33,329 nt of DNA, taken from the IMG/VR virus record IMGVR_UViG_3300012031_000043, positions 1 through 33,329 of that record. One strand, 5' to 3'. The notes beneath the pieces were generated by a model. It saw only the letters and a list, made by a program, of their open reading frames with translations, made no database searches and was not told the origin of the DNA. Shown here one piece after another: positions 19,334 to 26,904 of the stretch. This DNA comes from a virus. Taxonomy: Duplodnaviria; Caudoviricetes. The translations under genes and the position numbers were made by a program. Numbering within the stretch: position 1 is the stretch's first letter; every line of letters starts with the position of its first letter.

Positions 19334-19582
19334 ATGAGAGATTACGCAAAAAACCAGAGCACTGCTGTAAAAACTGAACCGCAACCAATTAGCGAGATTA
19401 GCGCTTTTGCAGGTCAAGTGTCGCAAGAGTTATTTAGCGTCTACACTAATAGCGAAATTAGGCAGTTTTTAGAAGAGTTAAAGCAAACATGCCTCGACAG
19501 GTTGCACAAGCAACTAGAGCAAGCTAGAGACGAACACCAGAGACTAGATGACGACTTTGGTAAATTGCAAAGAGAAATATAA
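19334..19582 (+). CDS. Hypothetical coiled-coil protein
   Basis: 82-aa ORF filling the gap, with a good start context. Confidence 0.6.
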   Translation: MRDYAKNQSTAVKTEPQPISEISAFAGQVSQELFSVYTNSEIRQFLEELKQTCLDRLHKQLEQARDEHQRLDDDFGKLQREI

Positions 19583-19588
19583 AATAAA

Positions 19589-19620
19589 TTTGCGTATATC
19601 GTAAATAAGTTTTATATTTA
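19589..19620 (+). promoter_or_regulatory. Near-consensus promoter for the SSB gene
   Basis: TTTG(19589)-N20-TATATTTA(19613). Confidence 0.5.
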
Positions 19621-19655
19621 CAGAAAATTATTAATAACTATTCAATTTTGAAATT

Positions 19656-20189
19656 ATGGCTTTAAGAGAAAACCAAGTGGTTACAGGAGAGGTAAGATTG
19701 TCTTACGCAAATTTGTTTAAGGCGCGAGCGATGAACGAGGGAGAGACCCCGAAGTACGGGAGTATGATTTTAATTCCTAAAAAGGACAAGGCGACAGTAG
19801 CACGCTTTAACGCTGCCCTAGAGTTCGCTAAACAAGCGGGTAAGATTAAGTTTGGCGGTAAAGTACCCGCTAATTTGAAAACCCCTTTAAGAGACGGGGA
19901 CGAGGAGTACCCAGACGATCCAACGTTTGCGGGTATGTGGTTTTTTAACGCTTCGAACCAAAGACGCCCTATAGTGGTAGACCGTTCAAAGTCTCCGCTT
20001 ACGGAGGATGACGACGAGATTTACAGCGGCGTTTATGGTAAAGTAGTAGTCAACTTGTATGCTTACGATATTAAATCAAAAGGTATCGCTGCGGGTTTTG
20101 AGGCATTCCAAAAAACACGAGACGGTGAACGCTTAGGCGGTGGAGGCATAGACATCGACGACGCGTTTGGCGACGAGGACGAGATTTAG
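19656..20189 (+). CDS. DUF2815 single-stranded DNA-binding protein (T7 gp2.5-like)
   Basis: VRLSYANLF, PLRDGD, IYSGVY, KGIAAG and DGERLGG motifs; acidic tail. Confidence 0.88.
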   Translation: MALRENQVVTGEVRLSYANLFKARAMNEGETPKYGSMILIPKKDKATVARFNAALEFAKQAGKIKFGGKVPANLKTPLRDGDEEYPDDPTFAGMWFFNASNQRRPIVVDRSKSPLTEDDDEIYSGVYGKVVVNLYAYDIKSKGIAAGFEAFQKTRDGERLGGGGIDIDDAFGDEDEI

Positions 20190-20472
20190 ATTAAAAAGAG
20201 GTTGAGGTTTTGCGGGTTCGACCCCCGCAACCTCTCTACAAGTTTGTATTTGTTTAAGTGCGGGAACTTACCAAGTCGTGTTGAACCACTGCCGTACACT
20301 TCGTAGCTTGCGAAGTTAAATAATATATGCCGTGCATAAGCAGAGCCGCAGCGTTACGGGAGTTTTGCAAATAAACATTTTTTGGTTTAAAAAAGTTAAT
20401 CTTAGACCCGCGTACTCTGGCGTTATTAGAGTGAAATATTACGCTAAGGGCTAAGGGCAGAACCTCTTAATC
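20189..20472 (+). ncRNA. Candidate multi-domain structured RNA with tRNA-like T-arm
   Basis: Non-coding; the ends pair. Contains GCGGG-TTCGACC-CCCGC and several further stem-loops, followed by a terminator. Confidence 0.5.
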
Positions 20473-20481
20473 AGTAGCACT

Positions 20482-20512
20482 AAAGCCTCGGTAATTCAAT
20501 CGGGGCTTTTTT
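20482..20512 (+). terminator. Intrinsic terminator just upstream of polA
   Basis: AAAGCCTCGGT-aattca-ATCGGGGCTTT followed by TTT. Confidence 0.75.
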
Positions 20513-20527
20513 AATACATACACCGCT

Positions 20528-22486
20528 ATGCAAAAACTACACATTGACATTGAGACCTACAGCAGCGTTGACCTTATAACGTGCGGGGCTTATAAATACT
20601 TTGAAAGTCCCGACTTTGAAATACTAATGGTTGCCTACGCCTTTGACCAGTCCGAGGTTACTATAATAGACCTTGCAGCGGGAGAGCGTTTGCCTTTTTG
20701 GTTTGCCCCCGCTCTTAGAGACGAAGACGTACAAAAACACGCCCACAATGCAAATTTTGAGCGTAGAGCGTTCGAGGCTTACGGACTTAAAACCCCTATT
20801 GAACAGTGGTACTGCTCGGCGGTAAAAGCGGGGTACTGTGGCCTCCCGCTATCTCTGGACGGCGTAAGTAAAGCACTTGAACTTGGGCAGGACGGCAAGT
20901 CGGCCGAGGGTAAGGCTTTAATTAAGTACTTCTCTTGCCCGGTTAAACCTACAAAGGTAAACGGCGGGCGAACTCGAAACCTGCCACAACACGACCCGCA
21001 TAAGTGGGATGCCTTCAAGGACTACTGCAAGCAGGACGTTAATGCCGAGCGTAACGTAGGCGCTAGGTTGATAGAGTACAAAATTCCACAAATGGAACGG
21101 CAGCACTACATTTTAGATCAACAGATAAACGACCGCGGTATTTTAATAGATACCGACTTTGCGCTGCAAGCTACTGTAATGGACGACCTATTTAGCGCGG
21201 AACTATTCCTAGAGCTCCAGCACTTAACGCGGCTGGACAACCCAAACAGTCCCGCTCAATTAAAGAAGTGGTTAAGTGCTCAAACCGGGCTACAAGTCAA
21301 CAGCGTGGCAAAAGGGAACGTTTTAGAACTGCTCGAGGGTAAAACTATCCCGATAGTCGGGGAGGTATTAAAGCTACGACAAATGGGGGCTAAGACCTCC
21401 ACAAAGAAATATGTATCTATGATCAACTGCCACGGCGACGACAACCGCGCCCGAGGACTGTTGCAGTTTTACGGGGCTAACCGTACGGGCCGCTGGGCGG
21501 GTCGATTGATCCAGATGCAAAACCTGCCACAAAACCACTTGCAGCACTTGGAGCAAGCCCGCGCGGCTGTTGCTAGTGGAGACTACGACCTTACTAAGAT
21601 GCTTTACGACGACATTGCAAGTCTGCTATCCCAACTCATAAGAACGGCGTTTATAGCTAAGCCCGAGCACACCTTCGCTGTTGCAGATTTCAGCGCGATT
21701 GAGGCCCGAGTTATAGCGTGGCTATCGGGGGAGACCTGGAGGCTTAAGGTGTTCAATACACACGGCAAAATATACGAAGCGTCCGCTTCCAAAATGTTTA
21801 ACGTCCCAATAGAGCAAGTAACCAAGGGCTCGGATTACAGGGCTAAGGGTAAAGTAGCAGAGTTGGCCCTCGGGTACCAGGGCAGCGTTGGAGCACTTAA
21901 GACCATGGGCGGTGAAAAAATGGGACTGAGTGAAATTGAAATGAAGTTAATTGTTACCAAGTGGCGCAAGGCTAACCCTGCAATAGTGCAACTCTGGTAC
22001 GACTTGGAGCAGTGCGCCATTCAAGCCCTAAAAACTCGCAAGGCCGTAACCTCGCAGCATAAAGGGCTGGTGTTCGACTACAACGGTGAAGTACTTACAA
22101 TACAGTTGCCATCTGGACGCAAGCTGTTTTACCAGTCACCGAGCTTTTCAAAAAATCAATGGGACAACCTCTCAATCCGTTATAAAGGAATGGATCAGAC
22201 TACAAAACAGTGGGGCTGGGTTGACACGTACGGCGGCAAGTTGACCGAGAATATAGTACAGGCGATAGCGAGAGACTTACTCGCTGAGGCGATGCAGCGC
22301 GTTGACAAGTCGGGCTATAGTATTGTGCTGCACGTTCACGATGAGGCGGTGTGCGAAGTTCCTGTAATTGGTAGCGAGAAGGCACTAGATCAAATTTGTG
22401 ATTTAATGGGGCAAACGTCGGATGTTTACAACGGCGTACCGTTTCCTGCCGAGGGGTACTTGACCCCGTTTTATAAGAAGGATTAA
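20528..22486 (+). CDS. polA: DNA polymerase family A with 3'-5' exonuclease
   Basis: ExoI HIDIET, RTGRWAG, motif A DFSAIEARV, motif B RAKGKVAELALGYQG, motif C HVHDE. Confidence 0.95.
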   Translation: MQKLHIDIETYSSVDLITCGAYKYFESPDFEILMVAYAFDQSEVTIIDLAAGERLPFWFAPALRDEDVQKHAHNANFERRAFEAYGLKTPIEQWYCSAVKAGYCGLPLSLDGVSKALELGQDGKSAEGKALIKYFSCPVKPTKVNGGRTRNLPQHDPHKWDAFKDYCKQDVNAERNVGARLIEYKIPQMERQHYILDQQINDRGILIDTDFALQATVMDDLFSAELFLELQHLTRLDNPNSPAQLKKWLSAQTGLQVNSVAKGNVLELLEGKTIPIVGEVLKLRQMGAKTSTKKYVSMINCHGDDNRARGLLQFYGANRTGRWAGRLIQMQNLPQNHLQHLEQARAAVASGDYDLTKMLYDDIASLLSQLIRTAFIAKPEHTFAVADFSAIEARVIAWLSGETWRLKVFNTHGKIYEASASKMFNVPIEQVTKGSDYRAKGKVAELALGYQGSVGALKTMGGEKMGLSEIEMKLIVTKWRKANPAIVQLWYDLEQCAIQALKTRKAVTSQHKGLVFDYNGEVLTIQLPSGRKLFYQSPSFSKNQWDNLSIRYKGMDQTTKQWGWVDTYGGKLTENIVQAIARDLLAEAMQRVDKSGYSIVLHVHDEAVCEVPVIGSEKALDQICDLMGQTSDVYNGVPFPAEGYLTPFYKKD

Positions 22487-22560
22487 AAAGTTAAATTATT
22501 GTTAATGCGTATTACACTTTTAAGATGCTGCCTTATATTTGTTCCAGCAATAAAGCTAAA
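22483..22560 (+). promoter_or_regulatory. Duplicated promoter, copy 1
   Basis: 68/78 ungapped identity to 28287-28364. TATATTTG at 22534; GTATTACACT at 22509. Confidence 0.8.
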
Positions 22561-22576
22561 GCAAATTACAGGAATT

Positions 22577-22747
22577 ATGAAAACTTTTATATTGACAATC
22601 TTTAAAGGAAACGAGCAAAAGCAACAAAAAACAGTTAAAGTTGCATCTAGGGAAGAATTAAAAGAAAGTAAGCGCGGCTTTTGGTTAGAATCCCCCTATA
22701 AGCAAAACGGAAGTAATAACTGGATGGGATCAAAAAGAATCAAGTAA
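22577..22747 (+). CDS. Small basic hypothetical protein, 56 aa
   Basis: ATG22577 (MKTFILTIFKG...) is 16 nt after the promoter repeat. The track's TTG22499 start lies inside the promoter. Confidence 0.7.
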   Translation: MKTFILTIFKGNEQKQQKTVKVASREELKESKRGFWLESPYKQNGSNNWMGSKRIK

Positions 22748-22971
22748 TGAAAAAAACCACTAAAAAAATGTTCACGCACCGACTGGAGCAGGAACAACAC
22801 GACACCCTCAAAACCATTGCAACGCGTTTAAATAAAACCAAAGGGTACAAGTTCCCTATTGCAACGCGGGAGCAGTTAGAAGAGATTGAACTGATTGAGT
22901 TCAGCACTGGGTTACTATTTACAGGGTTCTCGAAAGTCGAGGCCGCGGCATTTATTAATAAAATAGAGTAA
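22747..22971 (+). CDS. Putative ribbon-helix-helix DNA-binding protein
   Basis: KMFTHRL (strand), EQEQHDTLKTIATRL (helix), G, PIATREQLEEI (helix): CopG/Arc-like pattern. Confidence 0.45.
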   Translation: MKKTTKKMFTHRLEQEQHDTLKTIATRLNKTKGYKFPIATREQLEEIELIEFSTGLLFTGFSKVEAAAFINKIE

Positions 22972-22972
22972 T

Positions 22973-23167
22973 ATGAAAAAAGTAAAAGATTGGTTCAAAA
23001 TGCTTCCTAAAGACGAAAGCCGCCGCGCTATCGCTAACACATCGCAGACGCAGCTAGAGAGCGAAGCCCCCGACTTATGGCACGCGCTTACTACGTCCTT
23101 TGTTTGGAGCGATAGCCCAGAAAAATTGCCTTACTGGGTGTGGGTATCTGATAATATAGTGAAATAA
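22973..23167 (+). CDS. Small Trp-rich hypothetical protein (paralog 1)
   Basis: Ungapped homology to 23195-23389. Confidence 0.8.
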   Translation: MKKVKDWFKMLPKDESRRAIANTSQTQLESEAPDLWHALTTSFVWSDSPEKLPYWVWVSDNIVK

Positions 23168-23194
23168 TTTTGTTAACTTTTAAATTAAGAATTT

Positions 23195-23389
23195 ATGAAA
23201 ACAGTAAGAGAATGGTTTGAATTACTGCCTGAGGACGTTAGAGCGAAAGCTATCGCTAATACTGCGCCTTATCGGTTAAATAGAGGAGAGGACAGCCTCT
23301 GGAACGCCTTAGCCTCTTCATTTATATGGATCACTTCTCCAGAGAAAGAATACTACTGGATACAAGCCGCTAATCTAAAAGTAATATGA
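23195..23389 (+). CDS. Small Trp-rich hypothetical protein (paralog 2)
   Basis: Ungapped homology to 22973-23167. Confidence 0.8.
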   Translation: MKTVREWFELLPEDVRAKAIANTAPYRLNRGEDSLWNALASSFIWITSPEKEYYWIQAANLKVI

Positions 23390-25758
23390 TGCACGACCAT
23401 AAAATCAACATAGCTACTGCCCTCGGCGCAAAGTCGAAGGTATGGAAAAATAAGGCTTGGAAGTGGTCGGACTTCGCCGCAAAACTTCGCGAGGGCCAAA
23501 AAACGAACGAGACCTATAAGGAGTTCATTAACGCCTCTAAAGAGGAACAGAGCAAAATAAAGGACGTAGGCGGGTATGTAGGCGGGTATTTGCGCGGTGG
23601 TAAGCGCAGCCCCTCAACGGTTGTAAGTAGACAACTAGCAACGCTAGACATCGACTTTGCACACCTTGAATTTTGGGAGGACTTCACAATGCTTTTCAAC
23701 TGTGCCGCAATTATACACGGCACTCATAAGCATTCAGACCTCACACCTCGTTACCGCTTACTCATCCCACTTAGCCGCGAGGCAACGCCTGACGAGTACG
23801 TGGCTGTAAGTCGTAAGATAGCTGGAGTGCTTGGGATTGAGCTATTTGACAATACGACCTTCGAGACTAACCGCCTTATGTTTTGGCCCTCGAGCCCTAA
23901 AGACGTGGAGTACTACTTCGAGGAGCAGGACGGTCCTTGGCTTGACGTTGACCAGACGCTCGAATCCTACATCGATTGGAAGGACACAAGCCTCTGGCCA
24001 ACGGCTGACAGAAAGATCCGTGAACTTGGGGAGGCTTCAAAGAAGCAGGAAGATCCTACAGAGAAAAAAGGAATAATCGGAGCGTTTTGCCGTACTTACA
24101 CTATCTCGCAAGCTATTGAGGCTTTCTTAAGCGATGAGTACATCGCTACAGCAGACGACAAGCGGTACACCTACACCAAGGGTAGCACGGCTGCGGGGCT
24201 TATGGTTTACGAAGATACTTTCGCCTACTCGCACCACGGGACAGACCCTTGCGGAGGTAAGCTATCCAACGCGTTTGACCTTGTAAGACTGCATAAGTTC
24301 GGACATTTCGATAACGAGGCCAACACGTCCGCTCGACCTAAGTCGTTCGTAGCTATGGAGGACTTCTCCCGTGAAGACGCGGGGGTCAAGGCTACGCTTA
24401 TAGCTGAAATGTTCGAGACCTCGGACTACGACTACGCGGACGACGCACCGAACGTTGAAGGCGACCAAGAGGACACGACTTGGGCAGAAGCTCTGGAGGT
24501 TGACGGCAAAGGTAAGCCGCTCTCTAGCGCTCGAAATATAACCGTAATTTTTGCGAATGATCCAAGGCTTAAAGATACGTTCAAACGCAATCAGTTTGAT
24601 ACAAAACGGTATGTGTTTAGGACGCTCCCGTGGCGTAAAATCTCAACTCCCGAACCTATTAAGGACGTGGACTACTCAGGCGTTAGGAATTACATTGAGA
24701 CTATATACGGCATAAGTGGCTCGTTAAAGATTGACGACTCCCTCGCTATCGAGTTTGAAAAACAGAGCTTTCACCCTATAAAAGACTACCTTAACGCGCT
24801 GGAGTGGGACGGTGTAAAACGAATTGATAACTTACTTACTGACTACTTTGGAGCACTAGAGAGCCTCTACACGCAGGAGGCGGTACGAAAATTCATGGTT
24901 GCCTCGGTTAAACGTGTATTCGTTCCGGGATGCAAGTACGACAACGTGCTGACGCTTGTAGGTGCAGAAGGTACTAAGAAATCTAGCTTTTTCAAAATAT
25001 TAGGTAAGGTTTGGTTTTCTGATACCTTTATGACGGTTCAAGGTAAAGAGGCTCTTGAGCAAATACAAGGCGCGTGGATCATCGAAATGGCAGAGCTCGC
25101 AGGACTGCGCAAGGCCGAGGTTGAGGCAGTAAAGCACTTCATCACAAAGCAGGAGGATAGCTTTAGACCCGCATACGCTCGAACGTCCGAGACTTATAAG
25201 CGTCAATGCGTTTTCGTAGGATCCACCAATGAGCGCAACTTCCTAACAGGGGCGAATGGTAACAGGCGTTTCCTCCCTATTGAAGTAATACCAGAGCGGG
25301 TAAAGAAGGACGTATGGACTGATTTAGTGCCTGAGGTTGACCAACTGTGGGCGGAGGCCGTGCAGCTCTTCAAAGCTGGAGAAACGCTCTTCCTCTCTAG
25401 CGAGGCCGAGGCCTTGGCTAAACGTAAGCAGCTCGAACACTCAGAGAGCGACGAGCGTAAAGGCTTACTTGAGCAGTACCTTGAAGCAAGGCTGCCGAGC
25501 AAATGGGTTGAAATGGATATCTACCAACGTAGAATGTATCTAGAGGGTAAGACCGACAAAGGCGACGCGCGGCAGGTAGTGTGTATTGCGGAGGTGTGGG
25601 CCGAGTGTTTCGGTAAGAACCGTGAAGATATGGATAGGTACAAAACCCGCGACATCAACGACCTTATGAAGTCAGTTGAAGGTTGGGAGTATAAAGCAAC
25701 AACTAAGAATTTCGGAACTTATGGCAAACAGAAATACTACGCAAGAGAGGAACTCTAA
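23386..25758 (+). CDS. Primase-helicase, VapE/VirE family
   Basis: N-terminal primase-like motifs (KDVGGYVGG, TLDID, THKH..PRYRL, RLMFWPS). C-terminal SF3-like helicase (PGCKYD, GAEGTKKSS, WIIEMAEL, RQCVFVGSTN, GNRRF). Confidence 0.9.
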   Translation: MMHDHKINIATALGAKSKVWKNKAWKWSDFAAKLREGQKTNETYKEFINASKEEQSKIKDVGGYVGGYLRGGKRSPSTVVSRQLATLDIDFAHLEFWEDFTMLFNCAAIIHGTHKHSDLTPRYRLLIPLSREATPDEYVAVSRKIAGVLGIELFDNTTFETNRLMFWPSSPKDVEYYFEEQDGPWLDVDQTLESYIDWKDTSLWPTADRKIRELGEASKKQEDPTEKKGIIGAFCRTYTISQAIEAFLSDEYIATADDKRYTYTKGSTAAGLMVYEDTFAYSHHGTDPCGGKLSNAFDLVRLHKFGHFDNEANTSARPKSFVAMEDFSREDAGVKATLIAEMFETSDYDYADDAPNVEGDQEDTTWAEALEVDGKGKPLSSARNITVIFANDPRLKDTFKRNQFDTKRYVFRTLPWRKISTPEPIKDVDYSGVRNYIETIYGISGSLKIDDSLAIEFEKQSFHPIKDYLNALEWDGVKRIDNLLTDYFGALESLYTQEAVRKFMVASVKRVFVPGCKYDNVLTLVGAEGTKKSSFFKILGKVWFSDTFMTVQGKEALEQIQGAWIIEMAELAGLRKAEVEAVKHFITKQEDSFRPAYARTSETYKRQCVFVGSTNERNFLTGANGNRRFLPIEVIPERVKKDVWTDLVPEVDQLWAEAVQLFKAGETLFLSSEAEALAKRKQLEHSESDERKGLLEQYLEARLPSKWVEMDIYQRRMYLEGKTDKGDARQVVCIAEVWAECFGKNREDMDRYKTRDINDLMKSVEGWEYKATTKNFGTYGKQKYYAREEL

Positions 25759-25927
25759 ACGGATTGCACTTGTGCAGTTAGTCCTGAACGGCATCAGTTA
25801 CTACGACGCTGCAAGAGAGCTGAGAATGGCACACGTAACCGCCCGCTTTATAATGGAGGACTTCCGAGAGGCGGGCGGTTACTTAATAGTTGAATCAAAA
25901 ATAAATAAACATGAAAATAATATCTGA
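25721..25927 (+). CDS. Small HTH protein
   Basis: From ATG25721: 'LVLNGISYYDAARELRMAHVTARFI' HTH pattern. Confidence 0.55.
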   Translation: MANRNTTQERNSKRIALVQLVLNGISYYDAARELRMAHVTARFIMEDFREAGGYLIVESKINKHENNI

Positions 25928-26198
25928 GAAACGCATTGAGCAGAAGCTCTTGCAATCGATTAAAAAAGTAGGGGGCTACACTATTAAGCTACTCCCTACG
26001 TTCGTTTCGGGACTGCCTGACAGGTTAGTAATGCTACAGGGCCGCTCGTATTTTGTTGAGCTTAAAAGCACGGGAAAACGTGCCCGCCCCGACCAAGTAC
26101 TAGTTCATAAACGGCTCGAGAAACTAGGCTTTGTAGTTGCTGTAATTGACAGCGTAGAAGGGATTGACGCGTTTGTTGAAAATATAACGGATGTTTAA
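25911..26198 (+). CDS. VRR-NUC domain nuclease
   Basis: SEKRIE, GLPDRLV, FVELKS.G and Q...H..L..LGF motifs. Confidence 0.9.
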   Translation: MKIISEKRIEQKLLQSIKKVGGYTIKLLPTFVSGLPDRLVMLQGRSYFVELKSTGKRARPDQVLVHKRLEKLGFVVAVIDSVEGIDAFVENITDV

Positions 26199-26904
26199 GT
26201 TAATGCAGGGCGACTGCCTTGAACTTATGGACTACGTGCCTAGTGGGAGCGTTGACGCTATTATTTGCGACCCTCCGTATGGTACGACCGCCTGCAAGTG
26301 GGATAGCGTTATACCGTTTGACTTTATGTGGGAGCAGTTAAACAGGATAATAAAGCCTAACGGTGCTATTGTTTTGTTTGGTAGTGAGCCGTTTAGTTCG
26401 GCTCTACGAATGAGTAATATTAAGAATTATAAGTATGATTGGGTTTGGGAAAAAAGTAGACCAACAGGGTTTTTAAACGCAAAAAAACAACCATTAAGAA
26501 AAACAGAAAATATAAGTGTTTTTTATAAAAAGCAACCTACATACAACAGGCAATTCAAAGAAGTTAAAGAAAGAGTATTCACACGAACAAAAGGGGGTGG
26601 AACTTATGGAGAACAAAAAAATATACCTACAAATGTATCAAACGGAGGAAAGGAAAATCCATATACTTTAATTAATTTTAAATGTATAAACGGTGAACAC
26701 CCAACTCAAAAACCATTAGCCTTAATGGAGTACCTAATTAAAACCTACACAAACGAAGGCGAAACCGTTTTAGATTTTACAATGGGGAGCGGCACAACGG
26801 GAGTTGCGTGTGGCAATCTCTCGCGTAAGTTCACAGGAATTGAACGAGATGAAAAGTACTTCGAGATAGCCTCGAAGCGTATAACAGAAGCTTACGACAT
26901 ATAA
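26191..26904 (+). CDS. Orphan DNA methyltransferase, N4-C/N6-A, beta class
   Basis: GDCLE, DPPY, HPTQKP, VLDFTMGSGTTG and GIE motifs. Confidence 0.92.
   Translation: MFKLMQGDCLELMDYVPSGSVDAIICDPPYGTTACKWDSVIPFDFMWEQLNRIIKPNGAIVLFGSEPFSSALRMSNIKNYKYDWVWEKSRPTGFLNAKKQPLRKTENISVFYKKQPTYNRQFKEVKERVFTRTKGGGTYGEQKNIPTNVSNGGKENPYTLINFKCINGEHPTQKPLALMEYLIKTYTNEGETVLDFTMGSGTTGVACGNLSRKFTGIERDEKYFEIASKRITEAYDI

Noticed and set aside
20197-20240. Functional tRNA gene or attP core
   Set aside because: No D or anticodon arm and no CCA; no integrase in the window. Kept only as a tRNA-like element.
24958-24990. Defective Walker A (GAEGTKKSS) in the primase-helicase
   Set aside because: The Lys-Ser pair is retained, and a non-Gly residue before it is a tolerated variant in VapE-like helicases.
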